Program-made: the position numbers and the translations under genes
Notes under the pieces: model-generated
The model's input: the letters and a program-made list of their open reading frames with translations, nothing else
Database searches by the model: none
Told to the model about the DNA's origin: nothing
Virus record (IMG/VR): IMGVR_UViG_3300043632_000006
Coordinates: 1 to 64,000 of that record
Direction: 5' to 3' (one strand)
Length of the DNA stretch: 64,000 nt
Source of the DNA: a virus
Shown here: piece by piece, positions 1-7,016 of the stretch
How the letters are laid out: every line of letters begins with the position of its first letter
Position numbering within the stretch: the first letter of the stretch is position 1

Positions 1-250
1 GTTCACCAGTCAGTGTTGCGCTGCCTGCGGCCATGTCGCACGAGAGTCGAGAGAGAGCCAATCTCGGTTCCGGTGCGTCGCCTGCGGGCACACGGCCAAC
101 GCTGACCTGAATGCAGCCAGGAACATCGCCGCGGGGCACGCGGTGACTGCGCGGGGACGGGATGGTCAGCAAGACGCCCGGTCGAACCGTGAACCTCAGC
201 CCTCGGGCTGGAATCCTTCGGTATCAGCCGGGGGAGGATGTCAAGAGGGC
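1..250 (+). mobile_element. Right end of IS605/IS607-type element, presumably carrying the 3' part of the TnpB omega/reRNA scaffold
   Basis: Subterminal hairpin CAGCC-ctcg-GGCTG (197-210); terminal ggaggatgtcaagag (233-247) that translates GILRYQPGEDVK in another frame, a signature I recognise from TnpB 3' ends; exact boundary not determinable. Confidence 0.5.
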
Positions 251-307
251 CGCGCGGAGCATTGGCGGAGAGTCAAGCACAGACGCCGCTTAGCGTCCAC
301 TACGTGA
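2..307 (+). CDS. tnpB: IS200/IS605-family TnpB (OrfB) RNA-guided endonuclease, C-terminal fragment (5' part outside window)
   Basis: Frame-2 translation FTSQCCAACGHV...FRCVACGHTANADLNAARNIAAG: CxxC..CxxC zinc finger followed by RuvC-III-type AD-NAARNI motif; stop TGA 305-307. Confidence 0.7.
   Translation, partial: FTSQCCAACGHVARESRESQSRFRCVACGHTANADLNAARNIAAGHAVTARGRDGQQDARSNREPQPSGWNPSVSAGGGCQEGRAEHWRRVKHRRRLASTT
285..297. promoter_or_regulatory. Operator-like palindrome copy (GCCGCTTAGCGTC; consensus GACGC-TTA-GCGTC)
   Basis: 1 mismatch to the perfect copy at 59786-59798; intergenic, 35 bp from a second inverted copy. Confidence 0.45.
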
Positions 308-315
308 CTCCCGAA

Positions 316-347
316 TGGTGGCGCTAAGCGTCGTGTCGGGCTAGAAT
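316..347 (+). promoter_or_regulatory. Putative promoter for a leaderless transcript of the first MerR-like gene
   Basis: -10 TAGAAT 342-347 ends 7 nt before ATG 355; -35 poor (TGGTGG 316-321, 20-nt spacer). Confidence 0.35.
320..332. promoter_or_regulatory. Operator-like palindrome copy (GGCGCTAAGCGTC)
   Basis: Reverse complement GACGCTTAGCGCC, 1 mismatch to consensus; lies between weak -35 and the TAGAAT -10. Confidence 0.45.
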
Positions 348-354
348 TTCACTC

Positions 355-684
355 ATGCAAGTTCTCGCCGTGGTCCCGTCGCCTCCTGCCGATGCGGAGC
401 CGCGTACCTACTCCTCATACGAGGTCATGGAGATGACTGGGGCCAGCTACCGACAGGTTGACCACTGGTCACGGAGCGGATGGATACAGGGGATGCCACG
501 GAAGATGGGCTGCGGCTACCAGCGTGCATGGACTCCCGAGATGGTTGAAGAAGTCCGATGGCTGTTGAGAGCGTCGAAGGCGTTCCTGGGCCCGGCCGGA
601 GCGTTCGGCCATCGAGCGATGCCCGACCTCCCCAAGCTGGCTGCCTTCGTCAAGAGGGCTGCCGAGGCGGGAGTGCGTCCCTAA
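355..684 (+). CDS. MerR/excisionase-type HTH DNA-binding protein, paralog 1
   Basis: 109-aa ORF; HTH-like YSSYEVMEMTGASYRQVDHWSRSGWI; about 88 percent aa identity by eye over ~93 aa to ORF 1248-1571. Confidence 0.7.
   Translation: MQVLAVVPSPPADAEPRTYSSYEVMEMTGASYRQVDHWSRSGWIQGMPRKMGCGYQRAWTPEMVEEVRWLLRASKAFLGPAGAFGHRAMPDLPKLAAFVKRAAEAGVRP
395..684 (+). repeat. Direct repeat copy 1 (~290 bp) covering MerR-like gene
   Basis: Aligns with 1282-1571, including identical run gggctgcggctaccagcgtgcatggactcccgagatggttgaaga. Confidence 0.8.
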
Positions 685-693
685 CCCGAAAGG

Positions 694-1251
694 ATGGTGA
701 GGAAGTTGCCCAAGGATCCCACCCGCTGGATTGAGGCACCCGAGGTCAAGGACATCGCGGACAGGCTGATCCCCAAGTACCACGCCCACCTGCGGTCGTG
801 GGCCGAAGAGATTCGCTACGTGTTCCGCAACGAGGCGCAGGTCAGCAAGGGGCGGACCGTCTGGGGGAAGGCCCACAAAATCGCCGGCCTCCCCTGCTAC
901 CTCGCCACGAACGCTCCGGGCGACTTGAACGCCTTCGACGACGTTCCACCTCCGCCAGCGGATATGTTCGTCATGGAGATCGCCGCCGATATCTGGGCGA
1001 AGCTGACGCCCAAGCAGCAAGAGGCGCTGGTCGATCACGAGCTGATGCACTTCACGATCGAGATGGACGACAACGCCGGGCTTGTGCGGGGGATCCGCGG
1101 ACACGACGTAGAAGAGTTTTCGGCCATCGCCGAGCGCCACGGCGCTTGGAAGCCCGACCTGGCCGAGTTCGCTGAGGCCCTGCAGCTCAGCCTCAACGTT
1201 GACGCCATGCCGGGAGGTGTCCGGTTCCCCTCGGGACGTGACGAGGAATGA
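694..1251 (+). CDS. Phage metallopeptidase-domain protein (HExxH)
   Basis: 185 aa, RBS gaaagga; ALVDHELMHF zinc motif followed by HDVEEFSAIAERHGAW, pattern of the 'putative phage metallopeptidase' family. Confidence 0.7.
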   Translation: MVRKLPKDPTRWIEAPEVKDIADRLIPKYHAHLRSWAEEIRYVFRNEAQVSKGRTVWGKAHKIAGLPCYLATNAPGDLNAFDDVPPPPADMFVMEIAADIWAKLTPKQQEALVDHELMHFTIEMDDNAGLVRGIRGHDVEEFSAIAERHGAWKPDLAEFAEALQLSLNVDAMPGGVRFPSGRDEE

Positions 1252-1571
1252 CCCTCTCTGCTCTTGTCGAAGCCCCAGCCGCCGATGAGCGCACCTTCTC
1301 GTCGTACGAGGTCATGGAGATGACCGGGGCCACCTACCGACAGGTCGATCACTGGAGCCGCAGGGGCTGGATCCTGGGGATGCCACTGAAGGTGGGCTGC
1401 GGCTACCAGCGTGCATGGACTCCCGAGATGGTTGAAGAGGTCCGGTGGCTGGTGAGAGCGTCGAAGGCGTTCCTGGGCCCGGCGGGAGCGTTCGGCCATC
1501 GAGCGATGCCTGACCTCCCGAAGTTGGCTGACTTCGTCCGCCGTGCCGCCGAGGCGGGGATCTTCCCGTGA
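1248..1571 (+). CDS. MerR/excisionase-type HTH DNA-binding protein, paralog 2
   Basis: 107-aa ORF, ATGA overlap with upstream gene; FSSYEVMEMTGATYRQVDHWSRRGWI. Confidence 0.7.
   Translation: MTLSALVEAPAADERTFSSYEVMEMTGATYRQVDHWSRRGWILGMPLKVGCGYQRAWTPEMVEEVRWLVRASKAFLGPAGAFGHRAMPDLPKLADFVRRAAEAGIFP
1282..1571 (+). repeat. Direct repeat copy 2 (~290 bp)
   Basis: See 395-684. Confidence 0.8.
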
Positions 1572-2377
1572 AGCCTCTCGTGATCTACCACGGCCCAACC
1601 TGCTGGGACGGGTTCTGTGCTGCATGGCTGATGCACCACTTCAGCGGGATCGACGCCGACCACCATCCCGCCCAATATGACGAACCGCCTCCGGATGTCA
1701 TCGGGCGCGAGGTCTTCGTGCTGGATTTCTCCTACCCTCGCCCAGTCCTTGAGCAGATGCATCGGGACGCCAAGTCGCTCGTCGTGCTTGACCACCACAA
1801 AACGGCGCAGGCCGCCCTTGAAGGGCTCACGTTCTGCACGTTCGACATGACTCTGTCCGGTGCCCAACTGACGTGGCGGATGCTCAAGCCGGATGTCCCA
1901 CCAGATCCGTGGCTCGTCGCCTATACGGCCGACCGGGATCTATGGGAATGGCTCCTGCCCAACTCCAAGGAGGTCAACGCCGCCCTCCGGTCCTACCCGC
2001 TGGACTTTGAGGTCTGGGATCGGCTGTGGGCTGAGGAGTCCCCCGAGACGCTGAGGCGAGACGGGACGGCAATTCTTCGGGCCGAAGAGGTCACGATCCA
2101 GGACCACGTCAACCGGGCTCGAGAGATCGAGTTCGATAGGCACAAGATCCTGTCGGTCAATGCCACCTCCCTCTTCTCCGAGATCGCAGGCAGACTGGCC
2201 GAGGGTCGTGCCTTTGGCATGGTCTGGTTCGAGAGGGACAACGGAGTACGTCAGTACAGCCTCCGCTCTCGGGGCAACGGAGTCGACGTCTCCGAGATCG
2301 CCAAGGCTCATGGTGGCGGTGGACACCAGCATGCAGCCGGTTTCGAGGTCACCGACGAGGCTGTGGCCGATTCGTGA
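1568..2377 (+). CDS. DHH/DHHA1-family phosphoesterase (NrnA/RecJ-like fold)
   Basis: 269 aa; GTGA start overlap; DHH motif in SLVVLDHHKT; DHHA1 motif GGGGHQHAAGF near C-terminus. Confidence 0.75.
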   Translation: MKPLVIYHGPTCWDGFCAAWLMHHFSGIDADHHPAQYDEPPPDVIGREVFVLDFSYPRPVLEQMHRDAKSLVVLDHHKTAQAALEGLTFCTFDMTLSGAQLTWRMLKPDVPPDPWLVAYTADRDLWEWLLPNSKEVNAALRSYPLDFEVWDRLWAEESPETLRRDGTAILRAEEVTIQDHVNRAREIEFDRHKILSVNATSLFSEIAGRLAEGRAFGMVWFERDNGVRQYSLRSRGNGVDVSEIAKAHGGGGHQHAAGFEVTDEAVADS

Positions 2378-2751
2378 AGCACTCCGCTCCCCTCCAGCGC
2401 CGCACCGGCCTCAAGCCCTCCGGCAAGCCCCTGCGGCGCACCACGGGCCTCCCACGCTCCCGCTCCGCCCTCAAGCCGTTCAGCGAAAAGCGCCTAAGCG
2501 AGCAGCCGGCACGCGACGCCTGCGAGGCGGAGGTACTGGCTCGAGACGTGCTCTGCTGCTATCCCGGCTGCACCTTCGCTTCGACGGAGGCCCACGAGTT
2601 GCAGCGTGGGCAGATGCGCGCGTCCACCTACCTTGATCCTGAGAAGTGCATCGGCCTCTGTGGGTTCCTCGGAGCCAACCATCATTTTTGGGTAACCACC
2701 CATCCCCAGGAGGCTCACGACCTCGGGCTGGCGAAGTGGAGCTGGGAGTGA
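2374..2751 (+). CDS. Putative HNH/His-Me finger endonuclease-like protein
   Basis: 125 aa; basic N-terminus (LKPSGKPLRR, LPRSRSALKP), Cys/His cluster CCYPGC..AHELQRG..LCGFLGANHH; function tentative. Confidence 0.45.
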   Translation: MKHSAPLQRRTGLKPSGKPLRRTTGLPRSRSALKPFSEKRLSEQPARDACEAEVLARDVLCCYPGCTFASTEAHELQRGQMRASTYLDPEKCIGLCGFLGANHHFWVTTHPQEAHDLGLAKWSWE

Positions 2752-2936
2752 CGGATCTGATTATCGTGACCATCGACGCTCCGGGCTATCGCTCCAGCGT
2801 GGAGATCCCAGTTGACCATCCTGACAAGGCGGAGGTGTTTGTCGGCTGGTTCCAGATGCAGATGGAGCACCTTGCCCGCTGGAAGCCTGGTGCGTCCATG
2901 TCGGTCAGTGAGAAGATCCCGGTGGCCAGTCCGTGA
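2748..2936 (+). CDS. Hypothetical protein (62 aa)
   Basis: GTG start in GTGA overlap with upstream stop; in-frame part of track ORF 2646-2936. Confidence 0.5.
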   Translation: MTDLIIVTIDAPGYRSSVEIPVDHPDKAEVFVGWFQMQMEHLARWKPGASMSVSEKIPVASP

Positions 2937-3160
2937 GATTCATCATTGACGGGTTCGGCTGCGTTCCGCCCGTTGATGGCGTCTCGGAGATTGAGCCAAG
3001 TTGCCCACGTTGCCTCGGCTCGGGATCGGTCTGCGAGGATCACCCGCACCTGCCTTGGGGTGGGCTGCTCCCCGCTGGCTGCCAGTGCGGCGCTGCCGGG
3101 ATGCCCTGCTGGGAGGGGAAGGCGAAGTCGAACGGTCTGTTCCCGAGGCTTGGGCGGTGA
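2933..3160 (+). CDS. Small Cys-rich hypothetical protein
   Basis: 75 aa; GTGA overlap; CPRCLGSGSVCEDHP...CQCGAAGMPC suggests zinc binding. Confidence 0.55.
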   Translation: MRFIIDGFGCVPPVDGVSEIEPSCPRCLGSGSVCEDHPHLPWGGLLPAGCQCGAAGMPCWEGKAKSNGLFPRLGR

Positions 3161-3264
3161 GGCTAACTCCTGTCATCTACATTCTCGTGGGCGTGGTGGA
3201 GATGGAAATCTTTCTCATTGCGATCATCTGGGGCGAGCGGGGCGTTCATTGGTGGAAGCACTGA
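3157..3264 (+). CDS. Possible 35-aa membrane peptide
   Basis: GTGA overlap; hydrophobic VIYILVGVVEMEIFLIAIIW; below ORF-track size cutoff. Confidence 0.3.
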   Translation: MRLTPVIYILVGVVEMEIFLIAIIWGERGVHWWKH

Positions 3265-3357
3265 TGGCTCGCCCCGTTGCCATCAAGTCCGACATCTGGG
3301 AATTGTGGCTCCGTGCCGACCGTCAGGAGCCGGTGAGGGCCGATTCCCGCAGCATCC

Positions 3358-3597
3358 TCACGCCTCCTGTTCGAGTGCTGCCGCGATCAGAATTCCGTCC
3401 TTGCTGCGCACCGTCCGGGCCTGTAGCCACGCCTCTACGTCGGCCCAGTCCCACACCGGCCCCATCTCGAGCTGGACGGGGGCCGGGAAGTCGCTGTGGC
3501 GCTTCTGCCAGCTCCAGACCGTGGCCTTGACCACGCCCGCCCGCCTGGCAATCTCGCCCGCCCCAACGGGGTCCGAGATGGGCTTCACTGCACCCAC
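3358..3597 (-). CDS. HTH_17/excisionase-family DNA-binding protein
   Basis: 79 aa; GAGEIARRAGVVKATVWSWQKRHSDFPAP...WDWADVEAWL pattern of AlpA/Xis-type HTH. Confidence 0.7.
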   Translation of the reverse strand: MGAVKPISDPVGAGEIARRAGVVKATVWSWQKRHSDFPAPVQLEMGPVWDWADVEAWLQARTVRSKDGILIAAALEQEA

Positions 3598-3872
3598 TGG
3601 CGACCGGATTCCACGGCCGGGTCGACATGCAGGACGTAGGTAGCAAGCTCACTCCGATACTCGTCGTCGCTCAGGATGCGTACTTCGATGGTGCGAGGCA
3701 TTGTGTGCCAGGACGTGTTCTCCAGGGCGACCTCGGCGAGATCCTTGGCGACCTCTGTTAGTTCGTCTCCAGTCACGTAGTTGACCCCGGCCGTGATCGG
3801 CTCGTCCTGCCACTCCTGCGTCCCGTTTACCAGCGTCTCAATCTCATAGCTCTGATTCTGTGCTCTGCCCAT
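3585..3872 (-). CDS. Hypothetical acidic protein (95 aa from ATG 3872)
   Basis: Track ORF 3585-3899; ATG at 3872 has RBS gagagggagacgaa; overlaps downstream HTH gene by 13 nt. Confidence 0.65.
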   Translation of the reverse strand: MGRAQNQSYEIETLVNGTQEWQDEPITAGVNYVTGDELTEVAKDLAEVALENTSWHTMPRTIEVRILSDDEYRSELATYVLHVDPAVESGRQWVQ

Positions 3873-3909
3873 TTCGTCTCCCTCTCGCTCGGTGTTCACT
3901 GTGCCTCAC

Positions 3910-3938
3910 ATCTTACGGCACCAGGGGGGGGATGTCAA
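3910..3938 (-). promoter_or_regulatory. Near-consensus sigma70-type promoter for the reverse 2-gene operon
   Basis: Minus strand reads TTGACA (3938-3933), 17-nt spacer, TAAGAT (3915-3910), about 30 nt upstream of RBS/ATG 3872. Confidence 0.6.
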
Positions 3939-4153
3939 GAGATGTGGGGCAGTGGACCAGTGGACCAGTAGAACTTTGGGGGCCCGGTAAGATTCCGGCA
4001 TGGGCCGACTGCAAGTAATGGTTCAGGCGCTCTTGGCAGCCGTGGGCCGGCAGCGATCATCCGCTCATGTGGCTCGGGTTGCTCAGTGGCCTCATGTTCG
4101 CCGTCGTGGCGTTCGGGCTCCCCGCTGGCCAAGGGGTAGGTCCCCCTGACGCG

Positions 4154-4190
4154 CTGACGGCCACCCCCAAGGAAGTGGGGTGGCCGTCAG
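4154..4190. other. Perfect 14-bp stem / 9-nt loop hairpin
   Basis: CTGACGGCCACCCC (4154-4167) caaggaagt GGGGTGGCCGTCAG (4177-4190); in ~490-bp divergent intergenic region. Confidence 0.8.
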
Positions 4191-4389
4191 GTATGCCCAG
4201 CGCACGGGTTTGAGTCTACCCCTCCGCTGAGACAATCTCGTGGCACCTCCCCAGCCATACCGCCCAGCCGAGGACGAAGAGATCCACGGCTCCAACCACG
4301 GCGAGGGCCGCAAGCATCTGATGCACAGCCCAATCTTTTCACGACGGTATGCGTCGGGTTACACTTCGCGCGGCATGGGCAGGCAAGCG

Positions 4390-4713
4390 ATGGCTACGAA
4401 GGACCCCGGCCTCTCCGCTGTTGAGGTCGCCGTGACCGCGCTGGGGACCTTCCGCCTAGTCCGAATCGTCACCACCGATGACTTCCCGCCGATCGAGTTG
4501 GCCCGTGCCCGGATCATCGAATGGGTAGGCAAGGACTCGGCTCTGGCGAAGGCGATTTCCTGCCCTTGGTGTTCGGGATGGTATGTCTCGCTCGCCGTTG
4601 TCGCCCTGGCCCTCCGCTACCCCGCTGCCCGCAAGGCGCTCCTCGTGCCTGCTGTCTCCGGGGCTGTGGGGCTGCTGGCCACCGCCGATGCCGCGATGGG
4701 GAGAAGCGGGTGA
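4390..4713 (+). CDS. DUF1360-like membrane protein
   Basis: Track ORF 4240-4713, likely ATG 4390; FRLVRIVTTDDFP...ISCPWCSGWYVSLAVVALAL matches the DUF1360 CPWC pattern. Confidence 0.6.
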   Translation: MATKDPGLSAVEVAVTALGTFRLVRIVTTDDFPPIELARARIIEWVGKDSALAKAISCPWCSGWYVSLAVVALALRYPAARKALLVPAVSGAVGLLATADAAMGRSG

Positions 4714-4802
4714 GAGATTTCCTCGCGGGACTCATCCTGGGGTCCGTCGCCAGCCTGTACATCTTCCTGATCCTTCGGGGGAGAGGAGGGCTGCTTGCTT
4801 GA
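4710..4802 (+). CDS. Possible 30-aa membrane peptide
   Basis: GTGA overlap; FLAGLILGSVASLYIFLIL hydrophobic helix. Confidence 0.3.
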   Translation: MRDFLAGLILGSVASLYIFLILRGRGGLLA

Positions 4803-5071
4803 TCCTGGCCGCCCTCATGCTTCCCCGGGATTTCTCGGTCCCCATCGTTGCCGCCTGGATCTGGCTCGGCTTCTGGACGAGCGCCCCGCCCGATCCCTAC
4901 GAGGACGTCGGCCGGTACCTCGTGGAGCGCTGGCTGGGGTTCGCCTCGTGGCCGAAGAGATCAGGACTCGAGCGTTTCCGAAACGGCTGGACGTTCATCG
5001 GCGGGACGCTGCTCTCCGCTGGCCTCATCGTCCTGATCTACGCCACGGACCCGTACCTGTGGGTGCTGTAA
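4799..5071 (+). CDS. Membrane protein (about 90 aa)
   Basis: TTGA overlap (alt ATG 4817); two hydrophobic segments (PIVAAWIWLGFW; FIGGTLLSAGLIVLIYA). Confidence 0.5.
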   Translation: MILAALMLPRDFSVPIVAAWIWLGFWTSAPPDPYEDVGRYLVERWLGFASWPKRSGLERFRNGWTFIGGTLLSAGLIVLIYATDPYLWVL

Positions 5072-5090
5072 CCAGCCGCCGGGTGTTCGC

Positions 5091-5234
5091 ATGAAGCGCA
5101 TCGGTAGGGGTCTTGGCCGGTCCACCGGGACCCGGATGAGCCGACGTCTCGGGTGGGCGCTGACCGTTGAGGGCGTGGTCTGGTCGGTTGCGGTCTGGGC
5201 GGGGCTGACCTACGCCCTGCGGGTGACGCTGTGA
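5091..5234 (+). CDS. Possible 47-aa membrane protein
   Basis: ATG 5091; basic N-terminus then VVWSVAVWAGLTYAL; stop overlaps next GTG start. Confidence 0.35.
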   Translation: MKRIGRGLGRSTGTRMSRRLGWALTVEGVVWSVAVWAGLTYALRVTL

Positions 5235-5806
5235 GTCCCGAGGGAATGACTGTTGACTGGAAGGTCTACGTGGACACGCTGCACGACGGGCTTGAGAAGG
5301 CGCTGGCGGCGAAGGACCTGCGGGACGAGCAACGGTTCCAGGGGCAGGGGGAGGCGCTGGCCCAGGCCCTGACCACCGTGAACCAGGCCGTGAGCGAGGC
5401 CAAGATCACCCAGGGGGCCGAGATGAAGTCCCTGAGCGACAAGATCGACCAGCTCAGCACTCGGGCCGGCGGGAGCGTTCCACGGGGCGAGATGGAGGCG
5501 CTGCTGACGACAGTCGGGTCGCGGGCGGAGACAGAGATTTCTGATGCCGTTGCAAGCATGACCTCCCGGTTCTCGGGCGACATCTCCCGTCTGACGGCTG
5601 CCATCGAGAGTCAGTCGAAAATGTGGGGCAATGAGTTCGGCGTGCTGAATACGAAGGTGGCAGCGTTGGACGAGTCCATCACTGCCCAGCGTTCCAAGAT
5701 CGCCGGGGCCACGCTCACCGGAAAGACGTTGGTGACTATCGCCGGGGCAATCCTCACTCTCCTCCTGATTGCCACCACCGCCTACAACTTCTGGCCGAAG
5801 AAATGA
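5231..5806 (+). CDS. Coiled-coil protein with C-terminal membrane anchor
   Basis: 191 aa; C-terminal LVTIAGAILTLLLIATTAYNFW. Confidence 0.65.
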   Translation: MSPEGMTVDWKVYVDTLHDGLEKALAAKDLRDEQRFQGQGEALAQALTTVNQAVSEAKITQGAEMKSLSDKIDQLSTRAGGSVPRGEMEALLTTVGSRAETEISDAVASMTSRFSGDISRLTAAIESQSKMWGNEFGVLNTKVAALDESITAQRSKIAGATLTGKTLVTIAGAILTLLLIATTAYNFWPKK

Positions 5807-6393
5807 GCACCTTCCCGAGACCGGACCAACCGGCACCCGCCCACTCCCTGCTGGCTACGCCTCTCGTCGGCCCAGTTCCGAAGGCCAAAAGTACCTTCTG
5901 GCAATGCGCTCTGATCGGCTTCGGGCTCCTCCTTGCCATCGCTGCGGTGGCGTATTTGGGCAACGCCAAGCTGGGCCTGGTGAGCAAGGATGCAGTGAAG
6001 GCGAAGGATGCCTCTGACGCCGCGCTCAAGGTGGCGACCGACCAGCGGGACTCCAACGCGGGGCTGCTCCAGAGCATCGGGCAGACGCTCTCCAACTTGA
6101 AGGCGACGGGGCTGCTGACCCAGGAGCAACTCTCGGCCATCGCCGCAGGCATCCAGGCGAACCAGAAGGCGCAAGGGGGAGCGAAGGCGCAGGCCGGGAC
6201 TACGCCGGGGATCCCGGGCTCACGCAGCGGAGGCGGGATGAGCGCGACACCGGGCGTTCCCGGCTCCGCTGCAGCCAAGCCGGTCGCCTCCCAGACGACA
6301 CCGCCCCCGCATTCGTCGGACACCAGCCGCTGCCTGCTCACGGCTGGCATCCCCACAATCCTCAAGCTCGACGGAACCGTGTGCCCACCCTGA
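5803..6393 (+). CDS. N-terminally anchored membrane protein
   Basis: 196 aa; ATGA overlap; TM FWQCALIGFGLLLAIAAVAYL, Pro/Gly/Ser-rich C-terminal half. Confidence 0.65.
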   Translation: MSTFPRPDQPAPAHSLLATPLVGPVPKAKSTFWQCALIGFGLLLAIAAVAYLGNAKLGLVSKDAVKAKDASDAALKVATDQRDSNAGLLQSIGQTLSNLKATGLLTQEQLSAIAAGIQANQKAQGGAKAQAGTTPGIPGSRSGGGMSATPGVPGSAAAKPVASQTTPPPHSSDTSRCLLTAGIPTILKLDGTVCPP

Positions 6394-6464
6394 AAGGAGA
6401 AGCCGCCCATCATCGGCTAGACCCGCACCATCCACGCAGGACCGACCAAACAGGGAGGGAACAC

Positions 6465-6707
6465 ATGGGATTCTTTTTGAAGCTGACGACGTTGCTCGGC
6501 CACGCCAAGGACATCGCCTCTCACCTCTTGGCACTGGCCGACAAAGGCATGGCAATCGACCAGTCCATGTTGGACAAGGCCAAGGCCATCGAGGGGACGA
6601 TCGAGAAGTTCATCCCCGCCCAGCAGGCCGCGCCGACCACGATCATGCTCCCCGTTCCCGACGCCCACGCCGCGACGCTTGGCGCGACGCCCCTCGGAGG
6701 GAAGTAG
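6465..6707 (+). CDS. Hypothetical protein (80 aa)
   Basis: ATG 6465 with RBS gggaggga; in frame of track ORF 6381-6707. Confidence 0.55.
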   Translation: MGFFLKLTTLLGHAKDIASHLLALADKGMAIDQSMLDKAKAIEGTIEKFIPAQQAAPTTIMLPVPDAHAATLGATPLGGK

Positions 6708-6709
6708 TC

Positions 6710-6892
6710 ATGGGGTTCCTGACCTTCGCCATCGCCGCTCTGCAGTTCCTCGCCTCCCTCTTCGGGACGTTCGGCCACGTCGGGTCGGCGTGCGTGAACG
6801 TCCCCGTCGCGATCCATGCCTCGGCGAACGCCGGCCTCGAGCTCGACCCGCACCTGGCGGGAGCGGTCATTGGGGCGACCCCGGCTTGTTGA
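6710..6892 (+). CDS. Small membrane protein (60 aa)
   Basis: MGFLTFAIAALQFLASLFGTF hydrophobic N-terminus. Confidence 0.5.
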   Translation: MGFLTFAIAALQFLASLFGTFGHVGSACVNVPVAIHASANAGLELDPHLAGAVIGATPAC

Positions 6893-7016
6893 TGAGGATG
6901 AAAAGGCGGTGGGTGGCATGGGGCCCGGAAGGCTTCCCGATCAGGCACTTTCGGTTCCGATGGCAGGCCAAGCGGGCTGTGGCCCGGAGGGTGGAATGGC
7001 TCTCTGACTTTGGCCG

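Noticed and set aside
190-250. Complement of the IS right end read as a leftward promoter (TTGACA at 244-239)
   Set aside because: No acceptable -10 hexamer lies at 16-19 nt spacing (only AAGGAT at 20 nt). The sequence is better explained as the TnpB/IS terminal sequence.
3264-3530. Plus-strand continuation MARPVAIKSDIWELW... after the small membrane ORF
   Set aside because: From 3358 it overlaps the minus-strand HTH gene, which has a recognisable fold signature. The plus frame becomes Pro/Arg/Ser-rich.
4067-4213. 48-aa ORF (MWLGLLSGLMFAVVAFGL...) in the divergent intergenic region
   Set aside because: It has no RBS, it spans the perfect 14-bp hairpin, and it has a weak context.
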